DNA of 64,000 nt from an uncultured archaeon (GCA_964508365.1 CAZDTP010000018.1:113-64112), one strand, 5' to 3'; positions 46,242 to 56,380 are shown, counted from the stretch's first letter. Numbers and translations: made by a program. The notes: generated by a model from the letters alone, not told the origin.

Positions 46242-48020
46242 TTGGAAACTAGAACCACAGAGCATAAGAAGGTTATTCTTAATAAACTAATAGATTCAGG
46301 GATAAATATCTCTCCTACAATGCTAGAAAGCATTCTAAATATGAATAATCCATTGAAACACTTAAATCTCCTTATAAAACAAACGAGTTTCATTCCCTCA
46401 TTTAAGAGTCACTTAACAGAAACTATTGTAAAAGACATTTCAGACGAAAAACTACAAAAAATGCTTAAACGCACCATATCTAAAACAAATTCTCTGCAAT
46501 TACAAGAAGAAACTAAAATATCCTTCGAATATTCCAATCTTCCACAAAAAGCAGTTGAAAACTCTTTAATGGATAAAAATCTCCCATCAGAATTTTCACC
46601 CCTTTTTGAAAAATCTAAAAGAGAATACGAAAGTCAAGAGACTTCTATTACAGATCTCTTACCCGAACAAAGTACCACAATGAAAAACACAAAAAAAACT
46701 CCAAGATTCGAATCCACCAAATCTGTTTTTACCTTCAAACCTATTGCAAAAGAATACAAATCTAACTATAAAGTTATTCAAGATCCTTCAAATGAATTAT
46801 TTACTACTGGAGATTACAATGATTTTTACGAATTAACGCTTGACAAATATAATAAACTTAGGAATCTTATCAGAAAAAGACCGGAAGTAAGTTCGGCTAT
46901 TAAAATCAATAACATATTTAGGATATCTAATGGGATTGAAATATCAACATTAGGTTTAGTAGATGGTATTCATCAAACAAAAAAAGGGAATTTTCTTTTT
47001 ACATTGGAGGATTTAACTGGTAAAATTAGCGTATTGGTTCAAAATAATTCAGAAAATTTAGAGTTCGTCAAAATTATGGAAAGAACTCTCGACGATCAGA
47101 TGTTGTTCGTTAAGGGTTTGTATAATCCTGGTGAACACGGGAGAAAAGGTATCATTTTTGCCTCTTACATCTCAAAAATAGATATTCCAACAAATTTTCA
47201 ACCAAATTTATCCCCAGATCCTCTCTCTATCGCTTTAATTTCAGATACTCACATTGGAAGCAAAGAGTTTGAAGAAAGCTTATTCACCAAATTTATTAAT
47301 TTTTTAAACGGTAAAAGTAAGAATAAACTTCTAAGAGAAAAGGCTGGAAGAATAAAGTATTTAGTCATTAATGGCGATCTAATTGATGGAGTAGGTATAT
47401 ATCCCAATCAACAAGAAGATCTCGTTATCACAGATATTTATAAACAATTCAAAAAAGCTTCAGAAATTCTTATGGAAATTCCGGAATATATTAAAATATT
47501 TTTTGTATCTGGAAATCACGAACCAGTACGAAACGCAATACCTCGACCTGCAGTACCCCGGAAATATTGCGAAGATTTAGTCAATATGGGAGTTAAGTGT
47601 TTGGGTAACCCTTCTTTGCTTAAAACTCATAATGTTAACACACTTATTTATCATGGTGAGGGTATGCACGATATTAATAGATTAATTCACGATTTAGATA
47701 TAAATAAACCGGTCGACACCATGAAGGAATTTCTAATCTGTAGACATCTTGCTCCGGTATATGGTGAAAAAACGCAAATTGCCCCTGTAAGCACTGATCA
47801 TCTAGTAATAGAAAAGATTCCTGATATCTTTCATACAGGACACATACATATAAACGGGATAGGAAAATACAGGAATGTAACTCTCGTAAATTCGGGATGT
47901 TTTCAAGCTCAAACTGACTTTATGAAAAGCTTTGGGATAATACCTACGCCAGGTATAGTACCAGTAATTGAGTTGGATTCTTTAGATTTTTTATCACTCG
48001 ATTTTAATAAAATTAATTAA
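46242..48020 (+). CDS. dp1: DNA polymerase II (PolD) small subunit DP1 (OB fold plus calcineurin-like phosphoesterase)
   Basis: ISDTHIGS, INGDLIDG, GNHE, HTGHIH metallophosphatase motifs. TTG start as in the ORF track. Divergent from DP2. Confidence 0.85.
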   Translation: METRTTEHKKVILNKLIDSGINISPTMLESILNMNNPLKHLNLLIKQTSFIPSFKSHLTETIVKDISDEKLQKMLKRTISKTNSLQLQEETKISFEYSNLPQKAVENSLMDKNLPSEFSPLFEKSKREYESQETSITDLLPEQSTTMKNTKKTPRFESTKSVFTFKPIAKEYKSNYKVIQDPSNELFTTGDYNDFYELTLDKYNKLRNLIRKRPEVSSAIKINNIFRISNGIEISTLGLVDGIHQTKKGNFLFTLEDLTGKISVLVQNNSENLEFVKIMERTLDDQMLFVKGLYNPGEHGRKGIIFASYISKIDIPTNFQPNLSPDPLSIALISDTHIGSKEFEESLFTKFINFLNGKSKNKLLREKAGRIKYLVINGDLIDGVGIYPNQQEDLVITDIYKQFKKASEILMEIPEYIKIFFVSGNHEPVRNAIPRPAVPRKYCEDLVNMGVKCLGNPSLLKTHNVNTLIYHGEGMHDINRLIHDLDINKPVDTMKEFLICRHLAPVYGEKTQIAPVSTDHLVIEKIPDIFHTGHIHINGIGKYRNVTLVNSGCFQAQTDFMKSFGIIPTPGIVPVIELDSLDFLSLDFNKIN

Positions 48021-48054
48021 ATTCTTCTGCTTTTAATTGTATTAGGTGCTTTAA

Positions 48055-48738
48055 TTGAATTTTACTATTCCACGTGGCAATAACTCGGAGATGGTTTTAC
48101 ACATTTGGAAAATAATAGAGCTTCCAAGTATACAACAAGATGATTTATTGCGCAAAATTTCTTTTGAACTGTTTCTTTTCTCGCCTAAAGAGGCAAAGGA
48201 ATTCATAGAAATGGCTATTCATAAAGGTTATCTAATATTAGAAGGCGATGGGCGAATAGAATTATCAGAATCCTTAGCTCTCGACTTAAACAAATGGCAT
48301 GAAGAGAGAAAAACCCACATTTCAGAAAAGATAAAAGATGTCAACGATCTCAAAGAATTCACTAATGAATCTAAAAATAATAGTATAAATAAATTCAAAC
48401 TTTTATTAATAGCTTTACTTGATAAAGGAACGATAAATAGAGCGGTAGCAGAGTCTGATAGCGCGTACAAATTTGGATTAATCGATTCTGCTCAAAAAAT
48501 TATTAAAGCTGAAGTTCAAGGTTCTCAGAAGATTCCTTATTACATTGATATAAACATAACTGAAAAAGTGATAAAACATAATTGCCATGATTTTCTGACT
48601 AAAAGAGCAGTAAATAAAAAATTCTGTAAACACTTAGCGAAATTATTTCTCCTCTTAAAAATTAAAAACGCGGATTTGGCATCGTACTTTCTTGAGTGTA
48701 TTACCAAAGATATTAATAATTGGAGTTTTCTTTCTTAA
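48055..48738 (+). CDS. Hypothetical protein with a C-terminal SWIM-like zinc finger
   Basis: PYYIDINI...HNCHDF...FCKHLAKLFLL resembles the SWIM C-x-C...C-x-H core with H-x-C in the first half. The start may be ATG 48091 (MVLHIW...). Confidence 0.5.
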   Translation: MNFTIPRGNNSEMVLHIWKIIELPSIQQDDLLRKISFELFLFSPKEAKEFIEMAIHKGYLILEGDGRIELSESLALDLNKWHEERKTHISEKIKDVNDLKEFTNESKNNSINKFKLLLIALLDKGTINRAVAESDSAYKFGLIDSAQKIIKAEVQGSQKIPYYIDINITEKVIKHNCHDFLTKRAVNKKFCKHLAKLFLLLKIKNADLASYFLECITKDINNWSFLS

Positions 48739-50057
48739 ATTAGCTTTTTAAACACCACATTCTTTATCTTAACTTTATCGGTTTGAAGTATTATCGGTTT
48801 ATAATCTAATAAGCGATATTCTTTAATTATTTTAATTTGCGATAAAACTCGTTCTATTAGGTTAAAATCGATGTCAAGTTTTACAATTTTCGTTCGACCA
48901 TAATGACCCATCGATTTTGTTATAGCTGTTATTAATCCTGATAACGCTAATTCATTAATATAGTCACTAATCCTTCTATGCGTCAATTGTTTCACATTTG
49001 GAATGAATGATGCTAATTCTGAATGAACCTCGTAAATATCGCCCGAAGTAATTATGTGTTCTTTAGTGTTTTTTGACAATAAAAAGATGGCCGTTAATGT
49101 TAATTTTGATTGAAGAGGCATCGAAAAGATATATTCAACAATATGATCTTTATCTATATCTTTTTGAGCTTTTTCTACATGAGTTTCCATTATTTTTTTA
49201 GTTTGATCTCGTTCAGCGATTTCTCCAGCTTTTCTTAACAATTGAAGAGCTTTTCTCGCATCACCATGTTCTTTTGCTGCTAGACCTGCACATAGCTTTA
49301 TAACTCCATCGTCAATAACGCCTTCCTGAAAAGCTACTTCTGTTCTTAATTTAAGAATATCGTAGAGTTGGTTAGCATCATATGGTTTAAAGACAATTGG
49401 CTCTTCTTCCTCTAGATTGGATGTAACTCTCGCATCGAGGAATTGCATGAATTTTAGTTTATTAGATATCCCGATAACACTCGTTCTACAGTGATCTAAG
49501 TTCTCATTTAACCTCGTTAAGTTATACAAGATTTCATTTCCTCCTTTTTTCTCAATTAGAATATCTATTTCATCTAATACAAGAAAACAGATACTATCTT
49601 TGATATATTCATCCAATAAACCTAACAATTTCTTGAGAATTACGTCTTTAGGTAAACCCGTTGATGGGATTTTTTCTTTGCCAACTATCGTATTGTAGAT
49701 ATGAGCTAAGATTCTATAAGGTGTGGATACTACTGTACAATTAATATATACCCACCAAGGAGGTTTGGTGGAGCAATGTTGCGCAAGTTTTTGTGAGATG
49801 TACCTTACAGTAGCCGTTTTACCCGTACCAGTCATCCCATAACACACGAAATTAGGAGGAACATCACCTTTTAACGCACAAGCAGTTATACCAGCTATCT
49901 TCTCGATCTCCGAATTTCTGTGAGGTAATTCATCAGGAATAAAAGATGGTTCGAGAGCTTCTCGTTTTTTAAAAAGTTTCGGTCCTTTTAAGTAATTCTG
50001 ATAAAATTTATCGATATTGAATGAATACATTCCTCTTTCATTATGGTTAGTCAACAC
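48735..50057 (-). CDS. cdc6: Orc1/Cdc6 replication initiator (AAA+ plus winged helix)
   Basis: LPHRNSEI, Walker A GMTGTGKT, Walker B LVLDEID, sensor GISN, C-terminal wH. Confidence 0.9.
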   Translation of the reverse strand: MLTNHNERGMYSFNIDKFYQNYLKGPKLFKKREALEPSFIPDELPHRNSEIEKIAGITACALKGDVPPNFVCYGMTGTGKTATVRYISQKLAQHCSTKPPWWVYINCTVVSTPYRILAHIYNTIVGKEKIPSTGLPKDVILKKLLGLLDEYIKDSICFLVLDEIDILIEKKGGNEILYNLTRLNENLDHCRTSVIGISNKLKFMQFLDARVTSNLEEEEPIVFKPYDANQLYDILKLRTEVAFQEGVIDDGVIKLCAGLAAKEHGDARKALQLLRKAGEIAERDQTKKIMETHVEKAQKDIDKDHIVEYIFSMPLQSKLTLTAIFLLSKNTKEHIITSGDIYEVHSELASFIPNVKQLTHRRISDYINELALSGLITAITKSMGHYGRTKIVKLDIDFNLIERVLSQIKIIKEYRLLDYKPIILQTDKVKIKNVVFKKLI

Positions 50058-50333
50058 TCATTTCCACCACATAAAAATTTTCCACGCGAAATAATGCCAA
50101 TATTTAACATTTCGATTCCGCGCTATTTAAATTTATTTATTAATCGAAAAATTAAGAATAATATGTTAAAGCTTTAATATGCTAGTTTCATATCATTTGA
50201 TTTGCAGCTATTAAATCGATAGTTTATAATAATATTGTCGGAGCTTTAAAAGATAATTATTTAGGAAGCAATATTATTAAGGGTTTAGTATAATTTGTTA
50301 TATTTACCAAAATTTAATTTTAATTAAAAATTA
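50058..50333. other. Candidate replication-origin region (AT-rich spacer upstream of orc1/cdc6)
   Basis: Position is directly upstream of cdc6 and next to the PolD genes. Two direct TTTCCAC-containing elements (cATTTCCACCAC, aTTTTCCACGCGAAAt) lie at about 50061-50090 and resemble mini-ORB TTCCAGTGGAAA. Very AT-rich tract at 50120-50330. No clear inverted ORB pair. Confidence 0.3.
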
Positions 50334-51137
50334 TTGAATCCATTCATTTTAATTACTGGAAAATTTATGTCTGAAAATATTAACGGAGATATTGAGAGAA
50401 GAAATGTAAGAGTCGCTATAATATTGACTTTGACATTTATCAGTTTGCTTTTTTTTAACTTTCTGATTATCTCTATGATCTTTACATGGGCTGATTGGTT
50501 AGCAACTTTAATTTTTAGCATACTTTTTATTGTCCCAGCATATTTTTCGAACGCAGGAATGGTTATTGTTGGAGGTGGAAAACCATTAGATAAAGGTAAA
50601 CTTTGGAGCGATGGCCGTAGAATTTTAGGAGATCATAAAACAGTATCTGGACTTGTCAAGGGACCTTTATACATAGGGATACCCTTAAGTAGTGCATTAT
50701 TCTTTCTGTTTTTTATTTTATGGCCCATCATACAACAGATTCCAAACGAAGGTGCTTCTCTTGGAGTTTACAAATTATATTCTGAATTGTTTTATTATCA
50801 GTATTATTTTGTTGGAGGTTCATTTCCAATAGGAATAGTTATTATACTTTTAAGGATTATCTTTTGTTCCTACGGTGCAGCTTTTGGAGATTTAGCTGGA
50901 TCTTTTCTGAAAAGAAGGGTTAATATTAAAAGTGGAGCGCCTTTTTGGATCGTAGATCAATTAGATTTTGTAGTAGGAGCTCTAATTTTTGCTTTAATTC
51001 CAGTTATTTTTTTTCCAGGATTGTACGTGATCCCAGATCTTAACATCGTAATATTTCTTTTCATTTTAACCCCCTCTGTAAGCCTTATATCTAATACAAT
51101 AGCGTATCTAATTAATTTAAAAGATGTGCCTTGGTAA
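50334..51137 (+). CDS. carS: CDP-archaeol synthase with N-terminal membrane extension
   Basis: GDHKT..G, then GDLAGSFLKRR....G.P....DQLDF. The start may be ATG 50367. Confidence 0.7.
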   Translation: MNPFILITGKFMSENINGDIERRNVRVAIILTLTFISLLFFNFLIISMIFTWADWLATLIFSILFIVPAYFSNAGMVIVGGGKPLDKGKLWSDGRRILGDHKTVSGLVKGPLYIGIPLSSALFFLFFILWPIIQQIPNEGASLGVYKLYSELFYYQYYFVGGSFPIGIVIILLRIIFCSYGAAFGDLAGSFLKRRVNIKSGAPFWIVDQLDFVVGALIFALIPVIFFPGLYVIPDLNIVIFLFILTPSVSLISNTIAYLINLKDVPW

Positions 51138-51146
51138 AAAAAATAC

Positions 51147-51662
51147 TTATATTTTAACTACATCACACTTAATTCTAATTTGAAATCCGTTACTATTAAC
51201 AAAAATAACATACCGTTCGAAAATCTCGTTAACTGCTTTTATGTAATTACCGTTACACCCTAACGCAATTCCTCGTTCCTCGTACGAAAGAAAACCTACC
51301 ATTACCTCCGTTTTACCAGTATATACATTTCTTTCGATTCTAACTGTATGAATATAAGGATCTGGAAAGAAACCATAAACTAAGTTAACTAGTACGTCTT
51401 CTTCCCGTACAATCACTACTTTCCTATGCTGAAATTTTTTTCTAAGATAGGGTAATTTTGACTTCGCATTAAAATAATTTTCATTTTTTAGGAAAAAAAA
51501 TACAAATTCGTTTACTATAAGTACATTTTGAGGAAAAATCTTCGTTATTTCATGAAAAAAGTGAAAAAGTAAAAGTTGTTCATTTGAAAATTTCTTTTTT
51601 ATCGTTAATCTTTGATAAAAAAGTACCGTGTCATTAAGTGTAGAATGAATTGCACTCAACAT
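51147..51662 (-). CDS. NusA-like KH-domain RNA-binding protein (tentative)
   Basis: RKVVIVREEDVLVNLVYGFFPDPYIHTVRIE...GKTEVMVGFLSYEERGIALGCNGNYIKAVNEIF parallels the archaeal NusA KH layout (..V.V.Y.ED...F..N...P..V..V.I....AIGK.G.NIK...). Confidence 0.4.
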   Translation of the reverse strand: MLSAIHSTLNDTVLFYQRLTIKKKFSNEQLLLFHFFHEITKIFPQNVLIVNEFVFFFLKNENYFNAKSKLPYLRKKFQHRKVVIVREEDVLVNLVYGFFPDPYIHTVRIERNVYTGKTEVMVGFLSYEERGIALGCNGNYIKAVNEIFERYVIFVNSNGFQIRIKCDVVKI

Positions 51663-51783
51663 ATAATTAAGATTTTAGATGTATAGTTTTAAACTCCCCG
51701 ATGCAAAATCAATCAAACGAAAAAACTTATTTTTTATTAAACAATTATCTAAAGTAGATTTTTAACAAATATGAAAAAAAATA

Positions 51784-52221
51784 ATGAAAAAAGCAGGATT
51801 TGAGTATAGAGATCATACTGCCGATGTTCAAGTTAGATGTTGGGGGCCTACTTTGCAAGCGGCCTTTTCGCAAGCTGCATATGGTCTAATGACAACGATA
51901 ACACCAGACCTAAAGAAAGTTACTCCTAATCTTGAAAAGAAAATAGTAGTTAAAGCTGAAGATAAAGCATCATTATTATTTGATTTTCTCTCTGAATTCC
52001 TTTACATCTTTGATGTAGATGAGTTAGTTTTTAGTCAGATTCATGTGAATAAAATTGAAAAAACAAACGGTATTTACATCTTGGAAGCGAAACTTAAAGG
52101 CGAGAAGTTTAATAGAAATAAGCACGATATTGGGATCGAAGTTAAAGCTATTACTTATTCTTTTCTAAATATAGAAGAAAGGAAAAAAAGCACGATAATA
52201 GACATTGTATTTGATATTTAA
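51784..52221 (+). CDS. Archease (RtcB activator)
   Basis: Y.DHTADV.V...G.TL..AF..AA.....I and C-terminal KAITY....I. Confidence 0.85.
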   Translation: MKKAGFEYRDHTADVQVRCWGPTLQAAFSQAAYGLMTTITPDLKKVTPNLEKKIVVKAEDKASLLFDFLSEFLYIFDVDELVFSQIHVNKIEKTNGIYILEAKLKGEKFNRNKHDIGIEVKAITYSFLNIEERKKSTIIDIVFDI

Positions 52222-52507
52222 CGAAATTTTTAATTATATTTTATTAAACCCGCTTGATGGGTTTGCTATCATATTATAAGATTTTGAAAATCCCAGAAAT
52301 ATTTGAAATTAATAGATAAAAATCTCCAAACAAAATGCTAAAAATCTTATTCCAGTTTTAGTTGAGTCTATAAAGAAATAATTAAAAATATATTAACTAT
52401 TGTTGAGTTTAGTAAAGCTTCAAGGTTAATCGTTACACTTAAATTTATTTAAAATTAGGGAGATTTTAAGATGCCAACAAATTGTGACACAATACCAAAT
52501 GCATAAA

Positions 52508-52545
52508 ACTACAGTCTGTAGTTGTATTTTTTTTCTTTTTTTGTA
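52508..52545. terminator. Palindromic hairpin plus T-run between convergent transcription units
   Basis: ACTACAGTCTGTAGT at 52508-52522, followed by tgtattttttttcttttttt on the + strand. On the minus strand the same hairpin lies about 35 nt past the rtcB stop and is followed by TTTTAT. Confidence 0.4.
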
Positions 52546-52579
52546 AAATTCAAATTAAATAATAGGAAGAAGTAAATAT

Positions 52580-54052
52580 TTAACCTTTTACAACGCCAAT
52601 TGGAACTAATCTAACAATTTTTTCCACAATGCCGAGATCATGGCTCACTTGGACAACTTGATCTATATCTTTATATGCTCCAGGAGCTTCTTCAGCAATC
52701 ACTTTAGGAGAAGCGGCTCTTATGGTAATTCCTTTATTATATAGATCTTCCTTTATTTTAGCACCCCAATATTGCTTTGTTGCCTTAGACCTTGACATTA
52801 TACGCCCAGATCCATGAGCTGTAGAACCAAAAGAGAGATTCATTGCTTTTGGTCTTCCTACACATAAATACGAAGCGGATCCCATAGTTCCAGGAATTAA
52901 AGCTGGTTGACCTACACTTTTATAATCATGGGGTATATCTGGATGCTCTGGTGGGAAAGCTCTAGTTGCACCTTTTCTATGGATGTTTAATTTCATTTTT
53001 TTTCCGTCAACTTCATGTTCTTCTATCTTTAAGATATTGTGACAAACACCATAAATCAATTTGAAATCCAGATCGTCAAAACTCCTTTTAAAATGCTCTT
53101 GGAAAGATTCTCTTAACCAATGCGTTATTAATTGGCGATTAGCAAACCCAAAATTTGCAGCACATGCCATGTTTTTCAAGTATTGCATTGCTTCTGGAGT
53201 ATCGGCTGGTACACAAGCTAATTCGCGATCTGGTACTTCAATTTTATATTTTCTCATTGCTTGCTCGATATTTCTAAGTGAATCCGTGCACACTTGATGA
53301 CCAAGAGCCCGAGAACCAGTATGAACCATGACAGCTATTTGATCCTTATCAAAGATTCCCAATTTCTTTGCTACTGACTTGTTATAAATCTCATCAACTT
53401 TTTGTATCTCGAGAAAATGATTACCACTCCCTAAAGAACCGAGTTGTTTTATGCCTCTTTGCTTTGCTTTTTGAGATACTAATTTTGAATCTGCGTTTGT
53501 CAAAAAACCGTTTTCTTCGCAATGCTCTAAATCCTCTTTTATAGCGTACTCATTATCTAATGCCCAATTTAAGCCGTTATCTAAAACCTCATCTAATTCC
53601 GAAGAACTGATAATTAATTTTCCTTTACTTCCTAATCCGGATGGAATATTTCTAAAAATCGTATCTAGTAAGTTAGGAATTGAACTTTCAATATCTTTAA
53701 GGTGAAGATTTGATTTCAACAAATTTACACCACAGTTAATATCGTATCCTACCCCACCTGGGGAAATCATTCCCGAATAAGCGTCTGTTCCTGCTACTCC
53801 CCCAATACAAAACCCATAACCTTGGTGTGCGTCAGAGAGTGCGATAGCGTGCTTTTGTATGCCGGGAAGACAAGCTACATTACAAATTTGATCCAAGGTT
53901 CTATCGTTTTTGATTTTTTCTAAAATGTACTCGTTAGCATATATATGGACAGGTACTTTCATTTGAAATTTTTTGATCTTTCCTTCCACTCGAGCCATTA
54001 AAGTTTTTTGAGGGATTTCGTAGATGTTTTCATCTATTTTATTCACATTCAT
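52580..54052 (-). CDS. rtcB: RNA-splicing ligase RtcB
   Basis: DAHQGYG, GGVGYDINCG, GSGNHF, HTGSR, SYL..G, HG.GR are all RtcB signature blocks. Confidence 0.95.
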   Translation of the reverse strand: MNVNKIDENIYEIPQKTLMARVEGKIKKFQMKVPVHIYANEYILEKIKNDRTLDQICNVACLPGIQKHAIALSDAHQGYGFCIGGVAGTDAYSGMISPGGVGYDINCGVNLLKSNLHLKDIESSIPNLLDTIFRNIPSGLGSKGKLIISSSELDEVLDNGLNWALDNEYAIKEDLEHCEENGFLTNADSKLVSQKAKQRGIKQLGSLGSGNHFLEIQKVDEIYNKSVAKKLGIFDKDQIAVMVHTGSRALGHQVCTDSLRNIEQAMRKYKIEVPDRELACVPADTPEAMQYLKNMACAANFGFANRQLITHWLRESFQEHFKRSFDDLDFKLIYGVCHNILKIEEHEVDGKKMKLNIHRKGATRAFPPEHPDIPHDYKSVGQPALIPGTMGSASYLCVGRPKAMNLSFGSTAHGSGRIMSRSKATKQYWGAKIKEDLYNKGITIRAASPKVIAEEAPGAYKDIDQVVQVSHDLGIVEKIVRLVPIGVVKG

Positions 54053-54205
54053 ACTAATTAGACTAGTGATATTTTTTTCATAAATTTTATGTTTACCAAT
54101 TTTAATAGGACAAGCTTATTTAATTTAATAAAAATAGAAAAATAAACCAACTCAGATTCAAGAAATTAGAAGGTGTAGGTTAAAGGTTATAGGAAAAAAC
54201 TTATG

Positions 54206-54940
54206 TTATTTTATATCAATAAACTTGATCAAACCAAGACCGTCTAAATCATCGATCATTACATCAATCTCCGCCTTTGGAACGCCAGCTTCCTCTGCTA
54301 TATCTGCTACAGTGTGAAAACCATCGGCCAGATGAGCAATCTTATACTGTTCTTTGTTTAAAAAACCCTGAATGATTACTTGGGTAGGAAGACGTTTTGA
54401 AGCCCATACGGGTTTCTGGTCCTGAACTTTTCGTAAATCTTCCTCCGAAAGCACTATACCCTTTTTATTTATTAGTTTCTGAGATTTTAAATAGTCTTTT
54501 TCATAGATTTTTAAAATTGGAATCTTTAGAGGAATTTCTGCTATATGGCCGTTTTTTAACATTTTATCCATAACATTTTCAAATCCTTTGAACATCCTAA
54601 CATCTCCTGACCATTCCTCCATTAGATTTCCATACTTTTCCAAGAATTTGTCGATAATGTCACTTAAGATTTTGTGTGTTATTTTAGCATCATCATTCTT
54701 ATCAGCAGCTGCTGTGCACAAGATTCCTTCCTTAAAAACAAGAAGGAGATAAAATATTTGCATATCAATGATTTTCAATTCACCCGATCCTTTCGAGAAC
54801 TCAACTGAAAAATCTTTTAATGCTGTTAAAAAACCAGATACTAAATCTTGATTAAACTCAATCGTCCCATACTTCCTATGGATTAAACAAATGCCCGTAA
54901 AATTTGATATTAGGTAAACGTTATGAAGGATTGCAATCAA
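54206..54940 (-). CDS. Longin/SNARE-like-fold N-terminal domain fused to a C-terminal winged-helix domain (tentative)
   Basis: Predicted b-b-a-b-b-b-a order: IAILHNVYLISNFTGICLIHRKYG / DLVSGFLTALKDFSVEF / ELKIIDMQIFYLLLVFKEGILCTAAADKNDD / AKITHKILSDIIDKFLEKYG. This parallels sigma-adaptin/longin blocks. The C-terminus KIAHLADGFHTVADIAEEAGVPKAEIDVMIDDLDGLGLIKF is HTH-like. Confidence 0.45.
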   Translation of the reverse strand: MIAILHNVYLISNFTGICLIHRKYGTIEFNQDLVSGFLTALKDFSVEFSKGSGELKIIDMQIFYLLLVFKEGILCTAAADKNDDAKITHKILSDIIDKFLEKYGNLMEEWSGDVRMFKGFENVMDKMLKNGHIAEIPLKIPILKIYEKDYLKSQKLINKKGIVLSEEDLRKVQDQKPVWASKRLPTQVIIQGFLNKEQYKIAHLADGFHTVADIAEEAGVPKAEIDVMIDDLDGLGLIKFIDIK

Positions 54941-55203
54941 CTCCTTAAAGCATAATTATATTTTTTTTTATTAATAATATAAGTTCTCCTATTTATAATT
55001 TCATTTAAGAAAAAATAGCATTTCCTAGATAAAAAAACATAGGAGAAATATTAAAACTAAAATCTGTTTTTCCTCCCTTTTGCAAAAATGATTTATAATG
55101 ACTATTAACTTAATTCTTTTTGTTTATGAAATGCTTTTATCGTAATTAGATTGAAATTGATTTGTACATTATTAGAATCAGATATCATACCTAAGGGAAA
55201 AAA

Positions 55204-55518
55204 ATGGATTATTACACATTTTTCGTCACTGTACCTAATTTTGAACAAGGTAATATAATTGCAAACTTATTAGTTGAAAACAAATTAGCAGCCTGTGTAA
55301 ATATCATACCTAATTTAACTTCGATATATTGGTGGGAAGGAAAAATAGAAAGAAATAACGAGTTACTATTAATAATTAAAACTACTGAAAAAAATTGCGA
55401 TTTTATAATTCAAAAAATCGGAGAAGTTCATAGTTATTCAAACCCCGAATGCGTTGCTTTCAAAATCGAGAAGGGATCTAAGAAATATTTGGATTGGATT
55501 GACGAAGTTGTAGATTAA
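55204..55518 (+). CDS. cutA: Divalent-cation tolerance protein CutA
   Basis: LAACVNI.P...S.Y.W.G.I......L.IKT. Confidence 0.8.
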   Translation: MDYYTFFVTVPNFEQGNIIANLLVENKLAACVNIIPNLTSIYWWEGKIERNNELLLIIKTTEKNCDFIIQKIGEVHSYSNPECVAFKIEKGSKKYLDWIDEVVD

Positions 55519-55542
55519 TATAAGTAGTGCATTGTAAATATC

Positions 55543-56355
55543 ATGACATTTGACATCTTTCAAGTAGATTGGATTACAATTGATATTATTATAATTGTAT
55601 TGTTAATCCTACTTTTAATCGGTGTAAAGGTACTTAAAGAAATATATCGGTGGAGATTTTTTTTTTCAAATGTTTCAACGATTAGGATAGTTGATAACCT
55701 TCAGCATATTAACAATCAGTTTTCGTCTATATCTATAAAAAAGTGCAATTTAACTAAATCTAGCGTTTTTCAGCAAGAAGATTTAATAAAACCGACAATA
55801 ATCTTAATAAGAAGGTATCGAAAACTAATGTTATTGAAAGCACTCACAGAAGCATTTTGTACGTTTGGATATAATGTGATAAACCTTCGGCTTAAAATGC
55901 TAACTAAAAGCATGAAGGAACGATTGATACTTGATATCGAAAAAGAGTTGCATCAAACGTTTCCTACTATTTTAACATTTAACACTCAATATTTTAAATT
56001 ATTGAGTCAGAATTATAATGTTATTGATTTTACTAAAAAAAATTTACCTTTGAATCTTCTTTTGAAAGACTACCATTGTAGGAACATAATTTTGATTAAT
56101 CCTCGCTTAAAATCTTATAATCTGGAAGTTTTTTTAACTTTACTAAATGATTCAAACAAAAATCCTAAATTATCTACGATATTTAGTGAGAAATTAAATC
56201 CAATTTTTAAAAACAAGATTGTGAAAACGATATTACATAATAATAAAACATTTAAATACGCCCCATATACTATTATCCAAAAAACTAAAAGCACATTCAA
56301 GTATTACGAAACATTACTTTTAAGCATAATAATTAGATATATAGAGAAACAGTAA
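55543..56355 (+). CDS. Hypothetical protein with N-terminal TM helix
   Basis: ITIDIIIIVLLILLLIGV anchor. The rest has no motif. Confidence 0.45.
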   Translation: MTFDIFQVDWITIDIIIIVLLILLLIGVKVLKEIYRWRFFFSNVSTIRIVDNLQHINNQFSSISIKKCNLTKSSVFQQEDLIKPTIILIRRYRKLMLLKALTEAFCTFGYNVINLRLKMLTKSMKERLILDIEKELHQTFPTILTFNTQYFKLLSQNYNVIDFTKKNLPLNLLLKDYHCRNIILINPRLKSYNLEVFLTLLNDSNKNPKLSTIFSEKLNPIFKNKIVKTILHNNKTFKYAPYTIIQKTKSTFKYYETLLLSIIIRYIEKQ

Positions 56356-56380
56356 AAAAGATAAAAGCGATTAAATTCTG

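Noticed and set aside
52471-52506. 11-codon ORF MPTNCDTIPNA preceded by GGGAGA
   Set aside because: It is too short to support from sequence alone. It is noted only as part of the unassigned spacer.
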